Below are positions 39,209 to 53,700 of a DNA stretch of 64,000 nucleotides, piece by piece (the first letter of the stretch is position 1; each line of letters opens with the position of its first letter). Source of the stretch: Geosiphon pyriformis uo1 (lineage: Eukaryota; Fungi; Glomeromycota); NCBI GenBank assembly GCA_016748015.1, contig JAAOMT010000675.1:682001-746000 (forward strand), written 5' to 3'. A program made the translations under genes and the position numbers. The notes beneath the pieces are model-generated. The model saw only the letters and a program-made list of their open reading frames with translations, did not search any database and had not been told where the DNA came from.

Positions 39209-42200
39209 TTAATCCCTGCCTTGATGAACAGTCATACTAGGAGCCTCTATATGATTCAAATATTGGTGGATTAATTCGTCCCGGACTTCAGGCATATGAT
39301 TAAGAGCCAGATATCGCTGATCGTCCTTGATTAAAATGTCAATTTTTTAATAAAAGGAAATTATCAACAAAACCATGATTTCAGAAAAGCGAAATACCTT
39401 CAAAACGTCATGAATTTCTTCTGAAGTCAATCCTAGCACTTTTTCTTTTGCTGTTCCAGTTTCGTCGGTGGCACCGTCTTCAGATAATTTCATCATACGC
39501 GTCCGGTATTCTACAAACTTATTCTCCTTTAACAGCTCTTTGAATTCAGTTTTCGCTTTTTGAATTCTAGTTTCAAAATATTGGTCGAATAAACTTTCCA
39601 ATACAGATTCTTTTTTAGAAAGTCGTACAGCACGAGGGTCTTCCCTGATAATGGAAAGAAGCTCAATCCAAGTAGTGTCCAATTGCACATGCTGGTCAAG
39701 TAATTCGTGAAACGCCTTGAGGCGTTTTTGATAAATACTGGTCAGATGCTCCTCAAATAATTGTAATTTATCAACGGCTGTAAGTCCTTCACTGTTAAAT
39801 CGTGGGTCACGTTCAAGATCGGCTTTCTTTTCTTCCCATGTAACCTGGCAAATTGTCAATATTAATTCCAGTTGTCATTAATTTGAAAGAATACAAATAT
39901 CGTTTACCTGATGGTTTCGAACCAGATCAATTAATAAACTTTGGAATGCGAGTACTCCCTCCTCGTGTATTGCTGATCTTTTTATAGTGTCTTTGCTACG
40001 GTTATGGAAACTTAGCTCCTTTCGAACTTGAGCTTCCCTTTTTCTCAAACTAGCCTCCTCTCTATAAGAAAAGACTATTTATATTAAAATTTATTAAATA
40101 ACGAGAAATTTATAAAAGCATGCTACCTTGCTTTGCGCTCTTTTTGTTTTCTTTCCTCTTCTTTTCTGGACATTTCTTGTTCATCTTCAGCTTCGAGTTT
40201 ACGACAAAATTCCCTGAATAAATGCTCACGTTCTGCAGAAGATTCAACGGCTTCGTAACGTCTATCTTCATCAATTAATCGTTTTACCTGAAAAAAAATC
40301 AAGATCCGATATTTTGATATTGTCGAACAACACTTTAAGGACTAGATAGAAAACATGTTTATTTGAATACCTTTCGCCAACTGGAATCATACTTTATTTC
40401 CCTTGTCTCTCGCAGTAATCCAAAGAATTCTTCTTCCGCTTTCTTTTTTTGAGCCCTTCTTTCTGAAAATGATTGAAATCGATTAAATAGCTTGACAGCT
40501 TTAAGACATGATAAGGAAAATTAGAGATAACAAACTTTGGGATTCATGATCCTTTAATTTTTGAATATGATCCCGAAATATTTTCTCTTTTTCTTTTTCA
40601 TCAGAATAATTCTTGAATCGAGAATCCCGTTTAAATTTCCGTCTAAAATCATCCCAATGTGTACGATATGAGGTCTCTTCTTCGAGTAATTTAATGAATC
40701 CTTCTTGTGCAGACTGCGTCTAAGAAATCGAAAAATACATAAAAACCAAAAAAGTCCAAAAACTAATCCAAAACCAAATTAGAGTAAAAAACAAATATTG
40801 ACCTTTGCTTGATTTTTTTTATCACCTCTTAACTCTACAACTTTTTCTTTGCAGTATTCATCAAATATTTCTTTCCTTTGCTTCAAAGTTGCGATTACTT
40901 CGAGATCAGATTCACGATTCGCAATGTTTAATTATAATTCTGGAAGTTTTAAGTGTTTTTTTGGAATTTAACTATTAATAAAAGATGCTTTCACTCACTT
41001 GTATATCGCGGGTCATGTATTATTCTCGGTAATTCCTTTTCCCACATTGCAAAAGGTGAAACATTCATATCCCTTAACAAGCTCTGATAATAGATACATT
41101 AGCTATTGTGTCATGTAGTCTATAATATCAAACATAATTCGAAGGCTTTAAAAAAAAGGCAAGAAAGAAATACTTACCCACCTTGAACATCAAAATTCTT
41201 TCCTCAGGGGAAAGCTCTACTTCTTTACTAATATCTGATTTATCCCGCTTTTCGATTTCTGAACCATTATTGCTGTTGCCTTCAGGATATTTATTCTTAT
41301 TTAGATCTTCAATGGATGGTTCATGGTTATCTTCTATTGCTTCCATTTGTTCTAACTGTTGCTGTTCCTCTTCCATGCATTGAAGTTGATAGGCAATATC
41401 GTCGGCTGTCAACCTAATTGGAAAAAGAAGTAAATTTCATCTGAATCCAAATGTAGCTAAAAAATTGATTCTCTATATGTTCTGTTTCAAGGCAATTGCC
41501 AAGACATACTCCGTTCCTTCGGCTCCACCGCTATCCCCATAGTTACGTGCCCTCTTTGATACATCTTCGCTCGATCCGTCTTCAGCCTCATCGACTGTTT
41601 TCCTTTTAGAAGAACCGTGTTCGTTTAATTTTGTTTGATCATAAGCCTCTTCTGCTTGTTCTTGTTCTTTGATTTTCTTAACATCTTCTAAAATCTCCTC
41701 AGGGATTTCCCAGACTGATTGTTTGGTTTCGGAGTTGAAATAAAATTCATTGCCTTCAGTGGTTTTGACGATATACCATGTTGTTTCCCCAATTTGTTTT
41801 CTAAAATAATCAAAAGAGTGATGTGAGATATTATAAATGCAGTTGAGTATGTACTAATTGTTCATGAATACTTTCTTTCCCTTGGCCTTTTCTTTCTTCT
41901 TTTTTTCTTTTCGCTTTTCTTTCTTCGGTGTCTGTGGGGATATATTTTGTCCCTGTGGCAAGTTCTGGTGTTTTGAGAGTTGCTGAGGCGGGCCAATGCC
42001 CATTAGACCAGGCATTGGTTGAAAGGGAGAGGAGTGCAAAACAGGTCCTAAGGAGGTTCCACCTAAAGAAGAAACACCCATAGGTGGTGGAGGTAGAAGC
42101 ATAACTGGTCTTTCCCAGGTACTCTGCCCAGTTGATGCATTATAGTAGTAAAACATTCCGTTAGGTGCACGATGCTCCGTCCAACCAGCGGGAAGTAAAG

Positions 42201-42445
42201 GACGATAAGGGGGAGGAACAAGCAAGTGTGGTTGCTGCATCATTTGTGGGTTCACAGAAGCCCTTAGGCCTTGGGGAGCTGTCATGTTCAACGATTGGTC
42301 TTCGCGTGTAGGTGATCTGTTGGAATTCTCCATGTCGTACAAGCCTTCGTTGCAGGACAAGAAACCTTGCACCTAAATTTCTCCTTTGCACAATTTTCGG
42401 ATATTTCGAAGGCTCTAAAATATATACCATGGTAAAATCCGACAT
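39209..42445 (-). CDS. WW/FF-domain transcription-splicing factor (TCERG1/CA150/Urn1-like), multi-exon
   Basis: WW1 LPAGWTEHRAPNGMFYYYNASTGQSTWERP, a second WW (W.IVKTTEG.EFYFN...SVWE.P), several FF repeats (DPRY/DPRF). Likely start is a short exon at 42428-42445, or ATG 42333. Confidence 0.88.
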
Positions 42446-43038
42446 TTAAACTAGTCAATTGAATTTTTCAATATTAATAATTTTTAATAATAAGTATAAT
42501 ATTTATGATTTATAAGCTTTGGCCAAGTTAAAATGCATAAGATTAAAACTGCTGTTATCAAGCATATAAAAACTTTTCAACTAATAAAAATTATATTATA
42601 AAAATGTTTTAAAGTATTTTTTAAAAAAATGATAATAACATAATATTAGTGTTTAATAAATTTAAGTTTTTGGTAAATAAATTCATAAAAAACTAAACAA
42701 AAAAAATAATTTAAAAGATTATTTTGTTTATTTAAAAAAAAACAATATGTTATATTAAATTATATAATTAATAACATATTTACAAAAATTATTATAAAAT
42801 AACTTAATAAATTATTAAAAATAAAAAAAATTTGCCAAAAATAAAGTTTTAAATTTGTTTAAAATACCAAATAAATTTTAAAAATATTGTTATTAATTTG
42901 TTTTTGTTAAATAAATATATTATTATTAAAAAACACTAAATTTTAAAAAAAATATTAATTTTAATAATTTTTAAGTTATATAAATAAATAAAATTTTTAA
43001 TTAAATTTGTTAAAAAAATTGTTTAAATTATTTTAAAT

Positions 43039-46000
43039 AGCTAAAAACATATCTTTCTCTTGTTAATCCCTTGGTTACAATGAGAGCTAGATTATACCAA
43101 AGAAATAAATTTTTTTTACTTCTTTTTCCTCTTATATTTATAGTTATTTCTTCCAACATATCTTTGTTTGTGGTTATAGATCCACCAGGTTCTTCTACTG
43201 GAGGTTTAGTGGCAGGTTCAGCTGAGTTAAAAATCCGAGCTAGCACTAAAAAAAAACATGTATTAAGAGTGTTTACTCTTGTGGATTCTTGTACAAGAAG
43301 CTTAAGAATTCTGGTATTATTGGTGGCATAATAAATTTGTTGGCTGGCTTCATATTTGTCAATAGTTTGTATACTGACAATGAAAAACACAAAGTTTCTT
43401 GAAGTAGTAAGATTAAAAGTAAAAATACAAGTGTAAGTAAGATGTCTGATGTTGAGAACATAAAAAATATCATTGCTAAAAAGACAAATTACATGGATTC
43501 CAATGCTTCTAAAACTGATGACATGATAGATGATGCAACTTTAAAGAAGACACAAACTAGAACATATGTCTTTGGACAGCTACTGAAGGTGTTGTCTTTT
43601 AATAACTTGAGTAAGGATAAGTCTATATTAAAGCTTCTAGCACCCAAATTTGTTAGTTCTAAGAAGTTGCTTTTAATTAATTTGTATAGCAAGAATACAA
43701 GAAGTTTTGGCTTAAAAAAATCATTCATATTAGATATTGATCTGTTAACTATGTCTGGAAAGTCCTCTGGTGATAAGTTGTTAACTATAAAAAAGATTTT
43801 TTATTGTGTAAATAGTTTTGGGGAGGCATCTACTTCCTTAAAATTTCCTGGGCTGATTAGATTCTTTTTTACTTCAGAATTGAGTATGCTAAAAACTAGA
43901 AAGTTGGCTATCATTGCCAAAATTTTGGTTAATAATAATATTAGAAAACCAAACATCAGATCAGATCAGAAAGTGATCATTAAGAAGATCTCAGTAGATT
44001 TTTCCAAATCAGCATTGGAATCTGTGCTCTTTAAATTTGGTCAGATGATTTCAATCAGGATGCAACTGATTGGGCTTTGGCAAAAAACTATAGTGAAATT
44101 TAAGTTATCAGATATGGCTAGCTCAATTATTTCCAAATGGTCAGTTCTCATGGATAAGAATTCTATTCATGTGGCATTGGCTGTTGATAATAAATAATTA
44201 TAGGTAATTAGAGATCATCATTAGACTTTGTTGTATACTTTGCCAATGAGCACTATTGCTCATAACTTATTAGATTTATTGGATTTATATGGTGGGAAAA
44301 CTTGCTTTATTGGTCGTAATCCTGGCTCATATGTTTATAATAGATGTGCTGTGGTTTGTTTTGATAATAAGACATCCAAATTGGCTGCTATTAGTTCTAT
44401 TCTAGTTTATAAAGGTGTAAATTTGTACTGGACTGGGCTTTTTTTGGCCTGTTGTGCACATTGTAAACAGTTTGGTCATATCTCTAGTAAGTGTTTTTTG
44501 GATGAGAATTTTAGTCCTTGTGGTAAGTAGATAATAACTCCTCAGGATTAGACTTGTTTGGCTAATATATATAAAAAAAAGCAGGTGACAATCATTCACC
44601 CAGTTTTTTTAGTGAGAAAACTTGGGCCCAGATTGCTGGTAGGTCTCTTTTTTACATAGTATTTTCAGTTATTTCTAGTGCTAACTTATTTTTGGGTGTG
44701 AAATCACTTTTGTTTAATTCCAATCCTCTTAAAATTTTTTGTTTGAATGATTGTTTGGCATTCTTGGAGTGCTTCTTAGAGCTTTTGTCTGACCAGATTT
44801 CTGGTATTTTGAGAAAGTTGAGTTTTGTTAAATTGGTGCCATTGGTACTTTTCTTTTGTGCTTCTTCTTTGGCTGTTTCTGTGCCTGTGGCTTTGGTTTT
44901 GGATTCGAATATAATTGTGGATGATGTGTTGTCATCTTTTGTCCTCTCTTTTTTAGTTATTATTAACAAGTCTGCTGCTAATTTTGGCCTAAGCAGTTTA
45001 AAAGTTCTAACCACTAAAATGGGCAATTTGAAGTCAAAAATGGTTGTTCTGAAAGTGTCAGTTAATTCAGTCTTAGCAAAATTAGATATCTTGTGTTTGG
45101 ATTTAGGTTCTTTGTTAATTCTTCTCTTCCATGAATAATTTGGTCTGGAAATTTGCTACATACAATGTTCAGAGTATTAATGTTTCTGCAAAACAAGTGA
45201 ATTTTGTCTATTGGCATGTAAATTCTGGTAGTCTTGTGTCTTTTGTTACAGAAACTAAATTATAGTCTTGTATTAAGTCTTGGATTGCTAATAAATTTGA
45301 GGATATGTGTGTTTTTACATCTGGTTTGAATAAAAGATTCTTTGGTGCTGGGGTGGCTGTAATTATAAACAATTCTTTGGTTTATTATGTGTCTAAGATG
45401 AAGAAAGTTTTTGGTCAAGTTATTTCAGTTCGGCTTTTATTTAAAGACAAGCTCTCAGTTACAATTTTGGATATGTATGTTGGTGCTTTTTCTGACACTA
45501 GATTTGGTTAAGCTTCAAAGGTGAACTTTTTAATTGCAAAGGCAGTCAACTCCAGCACTTTTGTGGTTTTAGGTAAGGATTTTAATGAGAATGGGTCTGA
45601 AAGGAGTGTAAGCTTTAAGTTCTATATGGATTTAGGTTTGGTCAATTTATTTGCCAGCCATTAGCTGGTTGACTCTTCCACATGGAGCAATTCTAAAAGA
45701 GTTAAGAAAACAATTGATTACATTTTTGTCAGTAGAAATTTATCTTCTGCTGTTGCTAGTCATTGGGTTTGCTCTGTATTCAATTTTTTCGACACTGATT
45801 ACAATGCTGTCTTGGTTTCAATTGGCTTAAATTGGCTCTTGGATGTTTAATTAAATAGCTTGTGCAAACAGACTAATAAAGATCATTGGAGATTCAATAT
45901 TAAGGATGCTAATAGTTCCAAATAGGCTAAATTTAGGGATTGCTCTTCTGCCAAGCTTTTAATTATTGCTAGCAAATTCTCTAATGCTGAATCCTGTAGT

Positions 46001-49000
46001 AATGTAGATATTATGTGGACAATTTTGAAGGGGATAATAATGGAGTCAGCTGATGAAGTTTTTTCAAGACATTGGTTCAGTGAGTTTTAGTGTTCAAGAA
46101 ATAAACACTCTTCTAAGTTTTTTGGTTTGGAATTGTTGATTGTCAAAGTTGTTAAAAAATTCAGCTCTGGAAACATATCTGAAGTTAATTATTTCATGAG
46201 AATATGGTTAACTCTAGATAATGTTAAGACTTGTACTTTTATTAATATAGTATGTTCGAGAGTAAAATCTGCAGTGGTTCTTAAACATTTATTATTAGCT
46301 CATAAAGAATACAAAAAGTCTAAGATACATGAGTCAAGATTGGCAGAAGAAGTTTCTATCAGAATGGCAATTGCTAGGCATATGAATAAATTTTGTTCTG
46401 ATAAAGGTAGTATAATTTGGAGCATTTTGGAGTGGCCTTTTTGCAAGGTGGTTTTAGATTACTTGGTAATAAATAATGGGCTGGTTTTGGAGCTAAGAGA
46501 GATAAAATCAAGTATGGATAGGATCATAAAAGGTTGGACAAAGAAACATATAGTGCTTTCAGTTTTACCAAATTATTGGACTTATTAGTATACATCTTTG
46601 GCCTATGTTAGGGATGATGCTTTTTCTGGGATGATGTGTGCAATTGGTATGAGTGAATTATTCTCAGTTGTTGGTGATTTGCTTGATGGTAAAGCCACTG
46701 ACTTATCTGATATTCTTAATGAATTATAGAAGCATAATGATAAGGTGGTACTGGGACATTTTTTGGTACTACTAAATACATGTTTGACTTTTAATGATGT
46801 GTCTATATTATTGAAGAGAACTTGGATATCAATAATCTCTAAACTTTATAACTGGAATGGAATTCTTACAAACATCCAATCCATAGTTCTAATTAAAACT
46901 GCTAGAAAGATTCTATCAAAAATTTTGTTTGATCATATTTTGTTGACATGTAGCAAGTTCAATGTTCTCTGAAATAATAACTTTTTGGTATTAAGAAGTA
47001 TATTCACACAGTCTCCAGTATTTGTCATTGGGTCAGTGGTTGAGAATGCTCTTAAGAAAAATAAAAAAATTTGGTTGGTTCTGCAAAATATGCAGAAAGC
47101 TTATAATTCAGTTGGGTGGTACCACTTAAAAAATAGCTTGCAGCATGTCAAAATATGCGAAAGGTTCATCAGGTTTTTTGGTAGTATACATAAGGATAGA
47201 ATTAACAGAGTAATGATTGATTTCAGTTTGTTAGATGGTTATAAGATGCATAATAGATTGGATCAGAATAAGATCTTTTTATCTTTTTTTTGAAGAATTT
47301 TTTATGATCTACTTTTGTGTAAAGTTAAAAGGCATGAACATTTATGTGAGTACTAAATTAATACTAAGTTTGTTTCAAAAATGGGCAGAATTGAGAACAG
47401 TGGCAGGAGGATTTCTTATTTTGTGGCAAGTGTATTTGTTAATAATACTATTTGGGTTGAGAACTGTTAGACATCTACTCAGTTTGCTTTGAACATTGCC
47501 AGTAAGTTCTTTGAGATCAATAACATTTCTATCAACAGTAAAAAAATAGTGGCTATGTCCATTAATTAAGGCATTAAGATTGCTTCATTGAATATTTGTG
47601 GTCAATCTATTATAATTGCCAAGAAAAGTAAAGCTCATCATTATTTGGGAATTTTTTTGTCTACCAATGGCTTGTCCAAGCCAAGTGTCATCAAGGCTTA
47701 TTTTAATGTCCATTTTTTTGTTAATGTTGTGCTTTAGAAAGTCATTATAAATAAGCAATTCTCTTATTTGGTGTCAGCTGTTTTGCAGTCTATAATTAGT
47801 TATTGGACTCAATTCAGTTTTATTTTATTAAATGTGTGTCACAAATGAGATGTTATGGTTAGAAAGGGTTTCAAGCTGAAAGTATGTTTGCCCCATGACT
47901 TTCCTGATGTGGCTTTATATTATCTCTCCTTGTATAGTCTGAAGCCTTTTGTATAAGTACAGTCCAAAGTGAAGATAGCCACTTTGGTCTTCTTTTCCAA
48001 TGCTTTAAACATCCTTGGTCACTTGTTTAATCATAAATTCTTGGACTTGTAGGTTCTGGATTGGGCTTCTTTGAATTCTTTGTAGTTTTTTGTCAAGCTA
48101 TATATTAGTCTAGTAAACAATTTCTTAGCAGAATTGATAAAAATTTTTTTGGACAATAAGCTCTTCTTAACAAACAATCTTTCAAATGCTTTTCATAGTT
48201 CTGGTTATTTTTCACTGTTATTGGTCCTTGAAAAGTCCTTGTACTTTAATTCTGTCTGTTCTTTGAGGCATTTTGGGGTTGCTTTTGGTGATTAGCTTTT
48301 TGATAAGAAAGATAGAGTGTTGGATTGGAAAATTTTTTATCATTAGAAGAGGCTGGATCCATGTGGCTTTGTTTCTTGTTAGTTTATGATTGCATCTAAG
48401 CATTTAATAGGTCTAGGTTCTTCTTTGTCTGGTTTTGTAAAACCCAATTAGTTGTGTAATATAGACATTCTTGGATCTAATAAGTTTTCTGTTGTAAAAA
48501 ATGGTTTGTATAAAATTTGGTCTGGTCTTTTTAAAGTGTTTACTGATAAGTCATAAAAAAAAGATGCTGGCTCTGTTGGTGTTACTAGTGGAGCAGCTGC
48601 CTATTTTCTGGTTTTGAATCTGTGTGTTGGTGTTTCAGTTTATGGTCTTGTGTTCTCTACTATGGCCAAGTTACAGGCTGTTGTTTTGTTCTTGAAGTGT
48701 GTTTCATCTTCTAGTATAGTGTTTGTACATCTCGACAGCCAGACTGCTATTGATGCTTGCTTAGCTGAATTGTCTTCTGCTGTGCCTAATTTTTACAACT
48801 CATACTGAATTGAGAAATGTCACATTTTTAATTTAATCAAGAAGAAGAATCTGAATGTGGCTTGAGTTAAGATTAAAGAACATTTGGGGGTCTCTAATAA
48901 TATGATGGCTAATTTGGTGGCAGGTATGGCTGCTTATTCTCTTTTTTTACTATTGGCTGGAGTGTGCAAGCACTTTTTGGTAGCTAAGGACACATTTGTT

Positions 49001-49958
49001 TTTAATAATGCTCACTATTTTATCAGAGATATTTTTCAGTTAGTTTGTTGTGTTCATTGGAAAACTGGTCTTGGTTGCAATGTGATTTTACATGAGCTGG
49101 TCAGGTGTGTGAACTGGGCTGCTACAACAAAGGTGTGGCATTCTAATTTTCATATGCTTGCTGGGTTTATTAGTCAGAAGTTTTCTAATTTGTACATATA
49201 TCTAATAAAGACTGTGCATAGGCAGTTGCTGATGGCAGTTAAAAAAAAGATATATGACAAGTGTTACCCTAGTGTGTTGTGTTTGTTGTACAACAAAGTG
49301 GAATTCTCTAATCATGTTTTTACTTGTGCTTATAATGTTGGTGTTTGCAATAAGGTCTTGGTTGAAGCTTTTGTGTATTGGTCTCTTTTGTTTGGTAATT
49401 CTATTTTGTTTGTGTTTGTCATTTTGTAGATTCTGTCTTAATGTTTCTTGGATGTTGGATTATATGTTGTAATATGTAAGAGGCTTGTATTGAAAGAGTG
49501 GTGTGAAAAGGCTTATGGTGCTTTCAATGATAGAAAGAAAGTGGATGCTCAGGTTGTTAATTTTGTGAGGTTTGTTGTAGAATTGCATCACATGAAGGCA
49601 TGATTAGTGAAGTCTAGTCATAGGGTGGATATAAAGCAGATTGGTCTGGTTCATAACAGTGGAGTAATTTTTGGGCTGTCTTATAGTATGTTCTTAGTGT
49701 TGTCTAATAGTGTGATTAGATTGCTTGGTGTAATTAAGTCTTTTGTAGTTAGCTTTGATTGTCATAAGCTGTGTATTTTTTTTTCTGGTTTGGATGGTGC
49801 TGTGCAGATTTATATAAAGGTGTAGTATTGTCTTGTCTGGTTTGAGTGATTAGTTATATGTAGTAAGTACATAAATTATGTTTAGTTTGGATCACTTAGT
49901 CTGGTTCTATATACTAGATAGCAGTTGGGCTTTGCTTGTTAATTGCATTAATAAAAAA
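43039..49958 (+). mobile_element. LINE-c, full-length degenerate APE-RT-RNase H LINE (ORF1 ~43177-45134, ORF2 45131-49825)
   Basis: Colinear homology to LINE-b; CAHCKQFGHISSKC; poly(A) at ~49953-49961; TSD AAATTATTTTAAAT at 43025-43038 and 49959-49972. Confidence 0.93.
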
Positions 49959-50124
49959 AAATTATTTTAAATTATATATTATATTATATAAATTAAACAA
50001 AATATTCTAAAAAAATAATTTTTAGTACTTAAAAATATAATAATTTAAATATTTATTGGTGTTACTTATAAAAAGAAAACAGATATAGAAAAAATAGTAG
50101 ACCAATAGGAGAATAGTAGTTAAC

Positions 50125-50320
50125 ATGTGAGCATATTGCTCAGCAATGTAGAGCAATATCAGAAATTACAGCACATTGCTTAGCAATATGAAGCAATGTC
50201 AGAAATTGCAGCACATCATTCAACAATGTGGAGCAATGTTAAGAAAATATGGCATATTGCTCAGCAATGTGAGCATTGCTTGAAAAATTATAGCACATTA
50301 CTTGAGAATGTGAGTGATCT
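50125..50320 (+). repeat. U3 tandem array of ~39-bp units with palindromic core ACATTGCTCAGCAATGT
   Basis: About five degenerate units are visible directly in the sequence. Confidence 0.8.
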
Positions 50321-50732
50321 TATAGAACCCAAATTATGTATATATAGTGGTAGCATTAAAAGTAAAAAAGACAAACTTCTTAGTTTAGATTTCATCTAAG
50401 CAATCTTCCAATTCACAAATATCAATAAATAATTATTCTTCATCTTAAATCTACTTTTTACTATCAACACTTCATGTTGATAGTAATTGATATTTAACCA
50501 CACTGGAACAATAGCTTTTGATCACAGCTATTAATGGGATACTAACTTACAATTGCTTTTGTTTATTTTCTTTTATTTTCTTTTATTTTTTTTGTTTTAC
50601 TAATTGATTGAGGATTAAGCACTGAGTTATTGATGTCAAGGATAGCCTGGTAAAAGACTCCAAAAAAAGAGTATAAAATTTATATATATTAATGGATAGC
50701 TTACCAGAAGGGCATCTCTGATAGATTACTGG

Positions 50733-53700
50733 TGTTACAGATGATTATTTCTGCTGTTGAATTAAATCACAAACCCGTAACTTGGTGCTCAAAGCTAATT
50801 GCAGTTGATAGTAATCTGAAGGTTTTGTATCTAAAGGTTTTTGGTTGAGTCTTTTGTATAACAAACAGAGATTCAATAGTGTCGATAGTAGATGTATTTT
50901 TCCAAGAGTTTTTCCAATTTCTTTCTTAGCATGGTGGCTGGATTTAGTTTGGCAGTTGTGCCCTTTTAGTAAGCTATCCAATAATATATAAAATCCTACC
51001 CTTATTTCTGGGTCTTTTACCAGGCTATCCTTGACATCAATAACTTAGCGATTAATCTTTAATCAATTAGTATACAACAACAAATCAAAATAAAATAAAG
51101 AAAAAGAAATAAAAGAAAATAAAGAAAGAAAAGAAATAAGCCAAGGCAATTTGCAGATTAGTATCCTGTCAATAGCCGTAATCAAGAGCTATTGTTCCAG
51201 CATGGTCAAGTATCAATTACTATCAACATGAAGGGTTGATAGTGGGAAAGTGAATGGAGATATGAAATAATTATTTATTTGATAAATGTGTTTCTAGGCT
51301 AAGAATTCTGTGGTATCGATTCTTTTTCTTCTGTTTCTAACACTACTGCTATATATACATAATTGAGATTCCTCAATTCCTCAATTCTTCATGACAGGAA
51401 TCCTGGAATTCCTGGAATTCTGCGATTCTTTTGAGAGGAATCCTGGAATTCTGGAATCCTGTAATTCCTCGTTGGGAATTCTGAAATTCCTGGAATTCTG
51501 CAATTCCTGAGAGGAATCCTGGAATTCCACATTTACTACACTTACTTCTGATTGGCTAATAAATATGCTAATATATTTCCTATATTTCTATAAATAACAT
51601 TATTTCCTCTTTTTTAATATTGAGCTCTGTCAAAATCTAACTCATGTAATTTCCCCTCTTGAAGTATTTCCTGGATTTTGTTTTCGAGAATTATTTGTGT
51701 TATTTGGGTCTGTAATTCTTCAAATTGAGCATTGGTGATTTTTCCCAATTAATTACTAGTCACCATATCCATTGCTCTGTTGAGCAATATTTCTGGTTTA
51801 TTCTGAAATGCTGTGTGTATTTGGTATATGGCTTGGGCTTATGTGGATAAGTTGTTCTTTCCCACAAAATGTTTTAATTGTTGTAGTATTCTTTTGTCGA
51901 ATAATCGCTTTGTTTTATCTGTATATAGATTCTGGATATTTATGTGTTGTTCCACTTTAATTGGTTTTAATGGTTTACTGGGTCTTGTTCCTCTTCTTTG
52001 CTAACAAGCATCATAATTTTGAACATATTGAATGATGTCTGGGTACATTGATGGCCAATAGTATCTTTTTCTAGTTTTTTTCATGGTTACTTCTTTGTGA
52101 AAATGCCCTGCTGTTGGATTTGAGTGCATATTGAATAATATTGTCTCTTTTTCTGGCTCTGTAATTACTCTGGTTGGTTGATCTGGATCTCTTCTATTTT
52201 TCCGATAAAGTATATTTTGGTGAGTGATAAAATATTTTGATTGTTGTTTGATACTCCTTCGTTCCATATGAGATAAATTCTTCTTGAACTGTTGAGTATT
52301 TAGATAATGTTGTAATTGTTGATATTTTTGTATGTTCATCTTTTGTTGTATTTTTCCATTGGTATTGTTCTGGTTTTATTATATTTTTGGGTTGAAATGT
52401 TCTTAGATTTGTCTTATTCACAATAAACCGTCAGCATTTCCGTTGTCTTTTCTCTTTTTGTAATGTATGGTATAATTGTATGATGTGAGTGTCATTTTCC
52501 ATCTTGACTGTCTTCCATTTCCAAATTCTTGTTTTTGGAGTGATGTTAATCCCTTGTGATCTGTGTATACTTCAAACTTTTGGCTCAAGTATTTTTTCTA
52601 TTTCATGACAGCCCAGTATATTGCTAAGTGTTCTTGTTCCGGTGTTCCATAGTTCTTTTTGGCTGGTGTTAAACCTCTGCTGGCATATGCTACTGGATGT
52701 TCTCTTCTATCCGGTCCTCTCTGAGATAATACTGCTCCCAATGCTTGGCCAGATGCATCAATAGTGATAATGAATGGTTTGCTGTAATCTGGATAGATCA
52801 GCACTGGAGCTTGGATGAGCTTTTTCCTCAGAATATCAAAAGCTTCTTGTTGACTTTCTATCCATTCATATTTTGTATTTTTGTTTTGTAGTTGATTGAG
52901 TGGCTGCGCTATCTTGGAAAAGTTCTAGATAAAACGATGATAGTAGCTGGCAAATCCTAAGAATGATTTCAGTTCTGTTATATTGGTCGGTATTGGAAAG
53001 TTCTTTACTATCTCTATTTTCTCTGGATCCGTTTTGATGCCGTCTTTGCTGACTATGTGTCCCAAGAATTTGAGTTTTGTCTTGCCAAAGAAGCACTTTG
53101 TTGCATTTAACTTTAGTCCCACTCTTCTTAGTCTTTTGAACACTTGTTGAAGATGATGAAGATGATTATCAAATGTTTTTGAGAATACATTGGTGTTGTC
53201 CAAGTATACAACTACTGATTTCCACAATAAGCCAGTATAAACAATTTCCATTAGTCATTGGAAAGTCACTGGGGCATTGGTTAAGCCGAATGATATTACT
53301 TCAAATTCGAAATTCCCTTCTCTAGTAGTAAATGCCATCTTCTCTTTGTCAGCTGGATTCATGACTACTTGCCAGTAACTACTGTCCAAATCTAATGTGG
53401 AGAATCATTTGTTCCTACCGAAAGCATCGAATAATTCCTGTATTCGTGGAGTTGGATAATTGTCTCCACGAGTTACCCCATTGAGTTTCCTGTAGTCTAC
53501 ACAAAACCAGATTTTTCTATTTTTCTTACGGATGAGTACCACTGGTGATGACCATGGACTCATTGATGGTTGAATTAGCCTGTTGTCAAGCATTCTGTTT
53601 ATCTCTTGACAAATAATCTCGTGGCTGGCTGGTGGCACTCTGTATGCTTTTTGTTTGATTGGCATTGCATCTCCAGTCTTAATCTGATGTTGGATGATGT

